A DNA stretch of 32,000 nt from NCBI RefSeq assembly GCF_051201565.1, contig NZ_CP179200.1, forward strand, positions 510,001-542,000, written 5' to 3'. This document shows, piece after piece, positions 23,599 through 32,000 of the stretch (the stretch's first letter is position 1; each line of letters opens with the position of its first letter). Under the pieces are notes generated by a model that saw only the letters and a program-made list of their open reading frames with translations, did no database searches and was not told the origin of the DNA. Origin of the DNA: Pseudothioglobus sp. nBUS_23 (GTDB lineage: Bacteria; Pseudomonadota; Gammaproteobacteria; PS1; Pseudothioglobaceae). The translations under genes were made by a program, and so were the position numbers.

Positions 23599-24277
23599 CA
23601 TCTACATCGATATAGGGAACTCTGCTATTAAGTGGCGCACTCGAGAGTCAGATGTCTATTCTAAGAGGGTAGATGAATTTTTATTAAGCACTCTGCCTCA
23701 AGCTGATACAGCTTGGGTCAGTGCTGTTGCTAATTTAGACATTGTCGAAGATATTAAGAGTCTATTTAAAGAATTTCATCTTTTAAACTCTCAAAAAAAA
23801 TGTAACAATTTGCTAGTCGCCTATGATGATCCATCAAGCCTAGGTTCAGATAGATTCTTCGCCATGCTTGGCGCAATGAACCAATTTCCTAAAAAACCTT
23901 TGCTTGTAATTGATACAGGCACTGCAACGACTTTTGATGTTATCGATGGGGATGGTATTCATCAGGGTGGTTTAATCATGCCTGGTCTTGGAGCCCTTAG
24001 AATTAGTTTTTCAAAGTTCGAAACGACAGATTTGTCTACTAATATTGATGGCTTGGCTAGTAACACAAAAGATTCATGGAAAAACGGAACACAGGCAATG
24101 CTTATATCATCCATCAATAATCAAATTGAAAAATTTAATGAAATGTTTTCAGATGGAATAGTCACAATTTGTGGAGGTTTTGTTGATGAGATAAAAAATG
24201 AACTTCCCAACTCTGTCCAAATCTTTGACAATCTGGTTCTTGATGGTTTGGAATGTTATAGCCAAACTGTGGGATAA
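23585..24277 (+). CDS. coaX: type III pantothenate kinase
   Basis: The protein shows 'IYIDIGNSAIKW' (DxGN[ST]) and 'LVIDTGTATTFD'. ATG 23585 is preferred over 23570 because CoaX proteins start a few residues before the DIGN motif. Either start overlaps the nhaD 3' end. Confidence 0.8.
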   Translation: MSQSNIYIDIGNSAIKWRTRESDVYSKRVDEFLLSTLPQADTAWVSAVANLDIVEDIKSLFKEFHLLNSQKKCNNLLVAYDDPSSLGSDRFFAMLGAMNQFPKKPLLVIDTGTATTFDVIDGDGIHQGGLIMPGLGALRISFSKFETTDLSTNIDGLASNTKDSWKNGTQAMLISSINNQIEKFNEMFSDGIVTICGGFVDEIKNELPNSVQIFDNLVLDGLECYSQTVG

Positions 24278-24322
24278 TAATTTTAACCATATAATTAACC
24301 ATATAATACTAATAAAAATACA

Positions 24323-25522
24323 ATGAAAGATCATCGCGTACTATCGGGAATGCGCCCAACAGGACAACTCCACTTGGGCCACTACCACGGAGTCCTTAAG
24401 AACTGGGCTAGGCTTCAAAATGAATATGATTCATACTATTTTGTTGCAGACTGGCATGCTTTCACGACGCACTACTCGGATAGAATTGATCTTGAAAAAA
24501 ATGTTTCAGATATGATTGTGGACTGGCTTGCAACAGGACTCAACCCCAACACAGCTACTTTATTTGTTCAGTCAAAGGTTCCAGAGCATGCAGAGCTCCA
24601 TTTGCTTTTATCTATGACTACGCCTCTCAGTTGGCTCGAGCGTGTTCCATCATTTAAAGATCAGCAAGAGAAACTTAAATCTAAAGACCTTTCGACCTAT
24701 GGTTTTTTGGGGTATCCGCTTCTTCAAAGTGCAGACATTTTGATCTACAAAGCCGGACTCGTTCCTGTTGGTGAGGACCAAGTTGCACATGTCGAATTCA
24801 CTAGAGAGGTAGCAAGAAGGTTTAACTTTGTATATGGAAGGGAGTCTGATTTTGAAGAGAAGGCTGAGTCAGCCATTACTAAGATGGGCAAAAAGCAGGC
24901 AAAACTCTACAGAGAATTAAGGAAGAGTTATCAGGAGACTGGTGATGATGAGTCTCTTGTAAAAGCCAAAGCTCTGCTCGGAGAGCAGCAAAATATTACT
25001 CTGGGAGATAGGGAAAGGCTTCTAGGCTTTATAGAGGGCTTAGGAAAGATTATTCTTGTAGAGCCCGAAGCGCTTTTAACTGAGGCATCAAAAATGCCAG
25101 GCCTAGATGGGCAAAAAATGTCTAAGTCCTACAATAACACGATTTCATTAAGAGAGGATCCCGAGACAGTCAAGCAAAAAGTCAACAGAATGCCAACTGA
25201 TCCCGCTCGAATCAAATTAACAGACCTAGGCGATCCAAACAAATGCCCAGTATGGCAAATGCATCAAATCTATTCATCTGAGCAAACTCAAAATTGGGTC
25301 AAGGATGGCTGTCAAAGTGCCAAAATTGGATGTATTGAGTGCAAAAAACCCATTGTGGATTCTATTGTTTCAGAGTTAGAGCCGATCCAAGAGGAGGTAG
25401 CTAAGTATGAGTCTAATCCAAACCTCATTCAAGAAATAATCTTTGAGGGCTCTGAAAGGGCTCGGGTTGTTGCTAGAAGCACAATGGAAGAGGTCAGAGA
25501 TGCCATGGGAATAACTTACTGA
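24323..25522 (+). CDS. trpS: tryptophan--tRNA ligase, long form with Cys4 motif
   Basis: The HIGH-type motif is 'GQLHLGHYHG' and 'KMSKS' is present. An insertion of ~70 aa relative to E. coli TrpRS lies between 'FNFVYG' and 'VEPEAL'. The protein also carries a C308-x21-C330-x6-C337-x2-C340 motif. Confidence 0.9.
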   Translation: MKDHRVLSGMRPTGQLHLGHYHGVLKNWARLQNEYDSYYFVADWHAFTTHYSDRIDLEKNVSDMIVDWLATGLNPNTATLFVQSKVPEHAELHLLLSMTTPLSWLERVPSFKDQQEKLKSKDLSTYGFLGYPLLQSADILIYKAGLVPVGEDQVAHVEFTREVARRFNFVYGRESDFEEKAESAITKMGKKQAKLYRELRKSYQETGDDESLVKAKALLGEQQNITLGDRERLLGFIEGLGKIILVEPEALLTEASKMPGLDGQKMSKSYNNTISLREDPETVKQKVNRMPTDPARIKLTDLGDPNKCPVWQMHQIYSSEQTQNWVKDGCQSAKIGCIECKKPIVDSIVSELEPIQEEVAKYESNPNLIQEIIFEGSERARVVARSTMEEVRDAMGITY

Positions 25523-25534
25523 GTAAGATAAATT

Positions 25535-26263
25535 ATGTCTGACAGAATACAAAAACTCATTGCCAATGCTGGCTATGGCTCAAGACGCTGGGCTGAGAGA
25601 TTAATCGAGCAGGGCAGGATATCAATTAATAATCTGGAAGCCAAGCTTGGTGATAAAGCTATCATTACGGATAAAGTTACTATCGATGGAAGGTTAATTG
25701 ACCTTCGTAGATACTCAGAAGAAGAAACAAAGGTATTGATCCTGAATAAGCAGGCAGGTGTCATCTGTTCCAATAAGGATGAAGAAGGTCGACAAAGTGT
25801 CTTTGAATTCTTACCCGATAACACTCGTTGGGTTATGGTAGGTCGATTGGATCTTAACACATCAGGCCTTCTTCTCTTTACAAACAACGGTGACTTGGCT
25901 AATAAATTAATGCACCCAAGCTCTGAAATAGACCGAGAATATGCAGTTCGCGTTTTAGGTAAGGTAGAAGATGAGCACATCAATAAACTCACAAACGGTA
26001 TCGAGTTAGAGGATGGTTTCGCTAAATTTCATAGAGTGACAATTGGGGGAGGTGAGGGCGCTAACCGCTGGTATCACGTGGTCGTTAGAGAAGGAAGAAA
26101 AAGAGAAGTCAGAAGGCTCTGGGAGGCGCTAGACTTTAAAGTGTCTCGTCTTATCAGAACAAGATTTAGTGACATACGTTTGCCTGAAAAATTGAGGGCG
26201 AATCAATCAGAATATCTAAAACCTAAACAGGTTCAGGCGCTCTTAAATTCAGTCGACTTATAG
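25535..26263 (+). CDS. rluB: 23S rRNA pseudouridine synthase, RsuA/RluB family
   Basis: The S4 domain is 'RIQKLIANAGYGSRRWAERLIEQGRISIN'. The catalytic motif 'GRLDLNTSGLLLFTNNG' and 'REYAVRV' are also present. Confidence 0.85.
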   Translation: MSDRIQKLIANAGYGSRRWAERLIEQGRISINNLEAKLGDKAIITDKVTIDGRLIDLRRYSEEETKVLILNKQAGVICSNKDEEGRQSVFEFLPDNTRWVMVGRLDLNTSGLLLFTNNGDLANKLMHPSSEIDREYAVRVLGKVEDEHINKLTNGIELEDGFAKFHRVTIGGGEGANRWYHVVVREGRKREVRRLWEALDFKVSRLIRTRFSDIRLPEKLRANQSEYLKPKQVQALLNSVDL

Positions 26264-26320
26264 GCCAAAATTATAATTTTTTTCTAGACTAAAATTCATA
26301 TCTTGGATGGATTATCATTC

Positions 26321-26348
26321 TTGATATAGCCTATGGGTCAAGTATAAT
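26321..26348 (+). promoter_or_regulatory. candidate sigma70 promoter for ileS
   Basis: TTGATA lies at 26321-26326, followed by a 16-nt spacer and TATAAT at 26343-26348, 33 nt upstream of the ileS ATG. Confidence 0.45.
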
Positions 26349-26381
26349 GGCGTCTTTAGATTTAAATAACTATAAGCCAGA

Positions 26382-29150
26382 ATGTCTGACTATAAAAACA
26401 CCTTAAACTTGCCTGCGACAGATTTTCCAATGAAGGCCAACTTAGCTAACCGTGAAGGCGGATTTCTCAAGGAGTGGCATGATCAAGATTTAAATCAACA
26501 GATTCGAAATAAATTCAAAGGGAGTCCCTTGTTTGTTTTGCATGATGGGCCGCCTTATGCAAATGGCGATATTCATATTGGCCATGCAGTTAATAAGGTA
26601 CTAAAGGATGTCATTGTAAAAAGTAAAACACTCTCCGGTTTTGATTCTCCCTACGTCCCTGGATGGGACTGCCATGGTCTTCCAATCGAGCATATGGTTG
26701 AGAAAAAGAAAGGCAAGGTTGGGCATAAAATCACTGCTGATGAGTTCAGAGCTGCTTGCAGAGATTACGCTGATAAGCAAATTGAAAAACAAAAGGTTGA
26801 TTTTAAGAGACTGGGAATTATTGGTGACTGGGACAATCCCTATTTGACAAAGAATTTCAAATATGAGGCTGACATTGTTCGCTCACTGGGAAAGATTGTT
26901 AAAAATGGTCATATTACAAAAGGCTTCAAGCCAGTTCATTGGTGCACTGAGTGCTCTTCTGCATTAGCAGAGGCAGAGGTGGATTACAAGGATAAGAACT
27001 CAGATACGGTCGATGTTGCATTCAAAGTTAAGGGCGATTTTTTTGCGCAAGAAAAACCGGTATCTCTGATCATTTGGACGACAACCCCATGGACACTCCC
27101 TGCAAATGAAGCGGTATCTTTGCATCCTGAATTTAATTATGCACTTGTTGATGTAGGAAAGAGTCTTTTTCTTTTATCAGAGGATTTGCTAGAATCTTCT
27201 CTCGAGAGATACGGTATACAAAAATTTAAAAAATTGAACAAGGTTTATAAGGGCTCTGAACTCGAAGGAATTATGCTTGAGCATCCTTTTTATGATAAAG
27301 AGGTCCCTGTCATACTCGGTGAACACGTCACTACGGATGCAGGAACAGGGGCAGTTCACACAGCTCCAGCACACGGACAAGATGACTATATAGTTGGTCT
27401 TAAATATAACCTGCCAGTAGACTGTCCTGTTGATGGCAGAGGCGTATTTATTGAATCTACTGAGGGAGTTGGTGGAGAGTATATTTTTAGAGCTAATTCA
27501 ACTATTATTGGAATCCTTGATGAAAAAGGCACCCTTGTAAAGCATGAACCAATAACGCATTCATATCCCCACTGTTGGAGACACAAAACCCCTGTCATTT
27601 TCCGAGCTACACCTCAGTGGTTTGTCTCAATGACCCAGAAAAACTTGAGAGAGAGGGTTAATGAAGAGATTCCAAAGGTTAAATGGATTCCTAATTGGGG
27701 TCAAAAACGAATTGAATTGATGGTAGGTAATAGACCAGACTGGTGCATTTCTCGTCAAAGGTATTGGGGTTCGCCGATTACGTTATTTGTTAATAAGAAT
27801 ACTGGTGAGCTGCATCCAGACACCGAATCTTTATTTGAAGTCATAGCAAAAAAAATTGAGGTTGAAGGTATAGAGGCATGGTTTAAGCTTGACGCAGAAG
27901 AGGTGTTAGGATCTGACGCAAAAGATTACGAGAAGACAACGGATACTCTAGATGTATGGTTTGATTCTGGAGTCAGCCATTATGCGGTATTGAATGCAAG
28001 TGAATACCTGCCTGATGTTGCTGATATGTATCTAGAGGGTTCTGATCAGCATCGTGGCTGGTTTCAATCTTCTTTGTTGACCTCATGTGCAATTAATGAT
28101 AAAGCGCCTTACAAACAAGTTTTAACTCACGGTTTTACGGTTGATCAAAACGGGCACAAGATGAGCAAATCTCTAGGAAATGTAATACCTCCACAAAAAG
28201 TTGTTAACTCTCTTGGTGCTGATATATTAAGACTTTGGATAGGCAGTACTGACTATTCGGGTGAGATGACTGTCTCAGATGAAATCCTCAATAGAAGTGC
28301 AGATAGCTATAGAAGAATCAGAAACACTATGCGCTTTATGTTGGCCAATATGCAAGGATTTGATCCAGATAAAGATTTAGTTGAAAATGAAGAAATGATT
28401 TTATTAGATCGATGGATTGTCTCTAAAACATTTGATCTTCAGCAGAATGTTATTTCAGAATACGATAATTATAATTTTCATTTTGTCATGAAATTAATTC
28501 TAAATTTTTGTACTAACGATCTTGGGGGTTTTTATCTCGATATCATTAAAGATAGGCAGTACACAACTCAGACTGATTCATTGGCAAGGCGATCAGCGCA
28601 AAGTGCATTGTTCCATATCTCTCATGCCATGGTAAGGTGGCTTTCACCAATCCTTTCCTTTACAGCTGAGGAGATCTGGCAGTTTTTACCTGGCGCAAGT
28701 CAGAAGAGTGTCTTTTTAGAGACCTGGTACAAGGGCTTAAAAGGTAATTTTGACAATATGGCGATTGAAACAGCCAGAGATATTAATACGCACCTAAGAA
28801 AAGAGCTTGAGGAAATGCGCCGTAATAAGGACATCGGCTCATCACTAGACGCTGAGGTTGATATCTACTGTGATCAAAAGAATTATCAGGCATTGTTAGA
28901 GCTTAAGAATGAGTTAAGATTTGTTTTTATTACTTCAGAAGCAAATCTCCATGAACTCAGTAATAAATCAACTGATGCCAAAGAGATTGATAGTTCTCTT
29001 TCAATAAGAGTAAGAAAGAGTGTTCATCAAAAGTGCGTTCGTTGCTGGCATCATCGCCCTGAAATAGGAGAAAATAAGAGCCATATTGATTTATGTGGGC
29101 GTTGCATAGAAAATGTATCTGGAGAAGGTGAACATAGGATATTTGCTTAA
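26382..29150 (+). CDS. ileS: isoleucine--tRNA ligase
   Basis: The protein shows '[16 protein letters not shown]' (HIGH), 'KMSKSLGN', the CP1 editing string '[11 protein letters not shown]', and the C-terminal zinc-binding 'CVRCWHH....CGRC'. Confidence 0.97.
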   Translation: MSDYKNTLNLPATDFPMKANLANREGGFLKEWHDQDLNQQIRNKFKGSPLFVLHDGPPYANGDIHIGHAVNKVLKDVIVKSKTLSGFDSPYVPGWDCHGLPIEHMVEKKKGKVGHKITADEFRAACRDYADKQIEKQKVDFKRLGIIGDWDNPYLTKNFKYEADIVRSLGKIVKNGHITKGFKPVHWCTECSSALAEAEVDYKDKNSDTVDVAFKVKGDFFAQEKPVSLIIWTTTPWTLPANEAVSLHPEFNYALVDVGKSLFLLSEDLLESSLERYGIQKFKKLNKVYKGSELEGIMLEHPFYDKEVPVILGEHVTTDAGTGAVHTAPAHGQDDYIVGLKYNLPVDCPVDGRGVFIESTEGVGGEYIFRANSTIIGILDEKGTLVKHEPITHSYPHCWRHKTPVIFRATPQWFVSMTQKNLRERVNEEIPKVKWIPNWGQKRIELMVGNRPDWCISRQRYWGSPITLFVNKNTGELHPDTESLFEVIAKKIEVEGIEAWFKLDAEEVLGSDAKDYEKTTDTLDVWFDSGVSHYAVLNASEYLPDVADMYLEGSDQHRGWFQSSLLTSCAINDKAPYKQVLTHGFTVDQNGHKMSKSLGNVIPPQKVVNSLGADILRLWIGSTDYSGEMTVSDEILNRSADSYRRIRNTMRFMLANMQGFDPDKDLVENEEMILLDRWIVSKTFDLQQNVISEYDNYNFHFVMKLILNFCTNDLGGFYLDIIKDRQYTTQTDSLARRSAQSALFHISHAMVRWLSPILSFTAEEIWQFLPGASQKSVFLETWYKGLKGNFDNMAIETARDINTHLRKELEEMRRNKDIGSSLDAEVDIYCDQKNYQALLELKNELRFVFITSEANLHELSNKSTDAKEIDSSLSIRVRKSVHQKCVRCWHHRPEIGENKSHIDLCGRCIENVSGEGEHRIFA

Positions 29151-30241
29151 TGTCAGATAAAACAAAAATTCTTAATGTAGAGCTTGCTGATAAATCCTAT
29201 CCAATTTATATTGGTACTGATTTACTATCTTTGAACTCATTGATGACTGATCACATTGAAGGCAAGCAGGTTATGATTGTAACAAATACAACCATTGCTC
29301 CCTTGTATCTTGAAAAGCTTAAAGCAGCTCTGGAAGGCTTTAATGTTGAGTCTGTTGTTCTGCCAGATGGAGAGAAATTTAAGACATTAGAGACGTTAAA
29401 TAAAGTTTTTGATGCACTTTTGAAGGCTAAATTTGATAGAAGTTCTACACTTGTTGCCTTAGGTGGTGGCGTAGTTGGAGATATTACTGGTTTTGCTGCT
29501 GCTTCCTATCAAAGAGGGGTTAATTTTATTCAAGTGCCTACAACACTGCTCTCACAAGTCGATTCAAGCGTTGGCGGTAAAACTGGGGTCAACCATGAAT
29601 TGGGTAAAAATATGATTGGTGCCTTCTACCAACCAAAAGCAGTTATTATCGATGTTGATACACTAGATACTTTGAGCGAGCAAGAATATTCTGCTGGAAT
29701 GGCTGAGGTCATTAAGTATGGTCTTCTTGGAAACGCTGACTTTTTATCCATGCTTGAGGATAACATTGAATCAATTATGGCTCGCAATAAAGATTTAATC
29801 ATAGAGATTATTTTTAACTCTTGTCAAGATAAAGCTAGCATTGTGGCACTCGATGAATTTGAAAGAGGTAAGAGGGCACTATTGAACTTGGGCCACACAT
29901 TTGGCCACGGAATAGAAAATGCATTTGGTTACGGTAATTATCTTCATGGAGAGGCTGTTTCAATAGGAATGGTCATGGCGGCCAAACTCTCTATGGATGA
30001 AGGGCATCTATCAAATGAAGATGCGATAAGAGTTGAAAATATTCTCTCAAAAGCTAATTTACCAATAGCTATCAAAAAGAGTATTGATAGCGAAACTTTG
30101 ATAGAGGCAATGTCACTGGATAAAAAATCAATTGATGGCAAGATACGCTTAGTTCTTTTAAAGGCCCTTGGTGAGTCATACCTAACAGACTCATACTCAA
30201 AGGAAAATTTTAATGGGGTGGTCAATAATTTTTGCCACTAA
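29150..30241 (+). CDS. aroB: 3-dehydroquinate synthase
   Basis: The protein shows 'GGGVVGDITGFAAASYQRG', 'VPTTLLSQVDSSVGGKTGVN', 'LNLGHTFGHGIE' and 'HGEAVSIGM'. Its start overlaps the ileS stop (TAATG). Confidence 0.95.
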   Translation: MSDKTKILNVELADKSYPIYIGTDLLSLNSLMTDHIEGKQVMIVTNTTIAPLYLEKLKAALEGFNVESVVLPDGEKFKTLETLNKVFDALLKAKFDRSSTLVALGGGVVGDITGFAAASYQRGVNFIQVPTTLLSQVDSSVGGKTGVNHELGKNMIGAFYQPKAVIIDVDTLDTLSEQEYSAGMAEVIKYGLLGNADFLSMLEDNIESIMARNKDLIIEIIFNSCQDKASIVALDEFERGKRALLNLGHTFGHGIENAFGYGNYLHGEAVSIGMVMAAKLSMDEGHLSNEDAIRVENILSKANLPIAIKKSIDSETLIEAMSLDKKSIDGKIRLVLLKALGESYLTDSYSKENFNGVVNNFCH

Positions 30242-30253
30242 TTTATTTTAAAT

Positions 30254-30541
30254 ATGTCATTAGATCATAAAAAAGTTAAAGAAATTGCTTACCTAGCCAG
30301 GCTCAATATTGAAGATACAGACATTGAGCAGGCTACTGCTGAGCTGAATAATATTCTAAGTTTGATGGACAAACTAGGCGAAATAGATACTGGTGATTCC
30401 GAACCAATGGCCCACCCCTTAAAAATGTCCCAACGATTAAGGGAGGACAAGGTGTCGGAAGATGATCTTTTTGAAGAGTTTCAAGCGATTGCCCCAAAGA
30501 CCGGTAAAGGTCATTTTCTCGTACCAACAGTAATTGAGTAA
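30254..30541 (+). CDS. gatC: Asp-tRNA(Asn)/Glu-tRNA(Gln) amidotransferase subunit C
   Basis: 95 aa. It shows the '[13 protein letters not shown]......L..IL..MDKL' pattern and lies immediately upstream of gatA. Confidence 0.9.
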   Translation: MSLDHKKVKEIAYLARLNIEDTDIEQATAELNNILSLMDKLGEIDTGDSEPMAHPLKMSQRLREDKVSEDDLFEEFQAIAPKTGKGHFLVPTVIE

Positions 30542-30543
30542 TC

Positions 30544-31986
30544 ATGCATAATTTAACCGTTGCAGAGCTAATAAAAGGTCTAAAAAATAAGGATTTTTCC
30601 TCTCTGGAGCTAACCCAGCATTATTTAAATAGAATCAACAACTCAGAGCTGAACGCTTTTATTTCTATTACTGAAGATGAGGCGCTTTCTCAAGCAAAGG
30701 ACGCTGATAAAAAAATAACACAGGGGGACAGCTCAATTCTTACAGGTATACCTTATGCCCATAAAGATATCTTTTGTACTAAGGGAGTCAAGACTTCTGC
30801 TGGTTCGAAAATGTTGGATTCTTTTATTTCTCCTTATGACGCAACTGTCACAAAGAGACTGAATAATGAAAATATGGTTATGCTTGGAAAGACCAATATG
30901 GATGAATTCGCCATGGGATCATCGAATGAGAACTCATATTTCGGCCCTGTTAAAAACCCTTGGGATGTCAGTAAAGTTCCAGGAGGATCCTCAGGAGGCT
31001 CAGCAGCAGCTGTTGCAGCGCGTCTCTCACCGTTTGCAACAGGAACTGATACAGGGGGGAGTATCCGCCAACCAGCAAGTCTTTGTGGCATTACTGGGCT
31101 TAAGCCAACCTATGGGAGAATTTCTCGATATGGGATGATTGCATATGCATCAAGCCTTGATCAAGCAGGGCCAATGACTCAAACTGCAGAAGATGCTGCG
31201 ATTATTCTAAATGCAATGGCTGGCTTTGATAAGCATGACTCTACTAGTGCTAATAAAGCGGTTCCTGACTATACGCAGTGCCTCAAAGATAGTGTTAACG
31301 GTCTAAAGATTGGTTTGCCAAAAGAGTACTTTTCTGAGGGGCTTGAATCAGGCGTTGAAAAAATATTGATGCAGTCTATTAAAGAATATGAGTCAATGGG
31401 GGCTGAGATTAAAGAGGTCTCACTTCCAAGCTCGATTCATGCACTACCGGCTTACTATATTGTTGCTCCATGTGAATGCTCATCTAACCTCTCTAGATTT
31501 GATGGAGTCAGGTATGGCTATCGTTGTGAAGATCCAAAGGATTTAAATGATTTATATCTAAGATCACGTTCTGAGGGTTTTGGGGAGGAAGTCAAAAGAA
31601 GAATAATGATAGGTGCTTATGCATTATCAGCAGGTTACTATGATGCCTTCTACCTAAAAGCACAAAAAGTACGTCAGCTTATAAGTGAAGATTTTAAAAA
31701 GGTATTCAAAGAGGTTGATCTTATCATGGGGCCTGTCTCGCCTACTGTTGCTTTTAAATTAGGGTCAGTTAAAGATCCTGTTTCGATGTATTTGGCTGAT
31801 ATATATACTCTCTCAGTTAACTTGGCGGGGCTTCCAGGTATGAGCATTCCAGCTGGATTTTCAGGTAACTTGCCTGTAGGGCTTCAGTTAATTGGAAACC
31901 ACTGGTCAGAAGAACTGCTCTTAAATGCAGCACATCAATTTCAAATGAGGACTGACTGGCATAAACATTCGCCAGCAGGAAGCTAG
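30544..31986 (+). CDS. gatA: Asp-tRNA(Asn)/Glu-tRNA(Gln) amidotransferase subunit A
   Basis: The amidase signature is '[13 protein letters not shown]..' followed by '[13 protein letters not shown]'. 'HKDIFCTKG' is also present. Confidence 0.95.
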   Translation: MHNLTVAELIKGLKNKDFSSLELTQHYLNRINNSELNAFISITEDEALSQAKDADKKITQGDSSILTGIPYAHKDIFCTKGVKTSAGSKMLDSFISPYDATVTKRLNNENMVMLGKTNMDEFAMGSSNENSYFGPVKNPWDVSKVPGGSSGGSAAAVAARLSPFATGTDTGGSIRQPASLCGITGLKPTYGRISRYGMIAYASSLDQAGPMTQTAEDAAIILNAMAGFDKHDSTSANKAVPDYTQCLKDSVNGLKIGLPKEYFSEGLESGVEKILMQSIKEYESMGAEIKEVSLPSSIHALPAYYIVAPCECSSNLSRFDGVRYGYRCEDPKDLNDLYLRSRSEGFGEEVKRRIMIGAYALSAGYYDAFYLKAQKVRQLISEDFKKVFKEVDLIMGPVSPTVAFKLGSVKDPVSMYLADIYTLSVNLAGLPGMSIPAGFSGNLPVGLQLIGNHWSEELLLNAAHQFQMRTDWHKHSPAGS

Positions 31987-32000
31987 GGGCTTGTCTATGA

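Noticed and set aside
25573-25992. 139-aa minus-strand ORF
   Set aside because: It is fully nested antisense within rluB, whose product has clear family motifs. It is a shadow ORF.
26266-26279. 14-bp perfect A/T palindrome 'aaaattataatttt' after rluB as a terminator
   Set aside because: An all-A/T stem would be too weak, and there is no GC stem. It is more likely incidental or part of the promoter-region AT richness.
31997-32000. ATG preceded by GGGG 7 nt upstream, likely the start of gatB
   Set aside because: Only 4 nt fall inside the window. The call is plausible from the gatC-gatA context but cannot be supported as a feature.

Overview
This is a very gene-dense, AT-rich bacterial chromosomal segment. 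Its gene neighbourhoods look proteobacterial and gamma-like (rluD-yfiH, ygfZ, an Aas-type ligase, NhaD, gatCA); that taxonomic call is inference only. No rRNA, tRNA, CRISPR, transposase or integrase was seen.

The left ~14 kb is a low-GC surface-glycan or protein-modification island. Hand-counted 60-nt lines run ~23-32% GC there, against ~38-55% further right. It holds four translationally coupled genes whose products share a TPR 'head' but differ in catalytic 'tail': one sulfotransferase and three GT41 (O-GlcNAc-transferase/SPINDLY-like) glycosyltransferase paralogs. A DegT-type sugar aminotransferase and rfbB-rfbA-rfbC-rfbD (dTDP-L-rhamnose) follow.

GT41 paralogs A and B share an 800-bp, 100%-identical direct repeat. 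Paralogs A, B and C also share shorter near-identical patches inside otherwise diverged sequence. This is a gene-conversion mosaic, and one offset shift equals exactly one 102-bp TPR unit.

The rest is mostly housekeeping:
- rluD and pgeF on the plus strand.
- A tight minus-strand unit: CHI-fold secreted protein, stand-alone Aas-type acyl ligase, mutM, and an S24-like protein with a substituted catalytic dyad.
- A PuuD-like membrane protein.
- An insulated, strongly promoted gene for a Thr-rich putative outer-membrane beta-barrel.
- ygfZ, nhaD, coaX, trpS (long form with a Cys4 motif), rluB, ileS, aroB, gatC and gatA.

The best candidate for an undescribed system is the TPR-sulfotransferase plus triple TPR-GT41 array coupled to dTDP-sugar synthesis.
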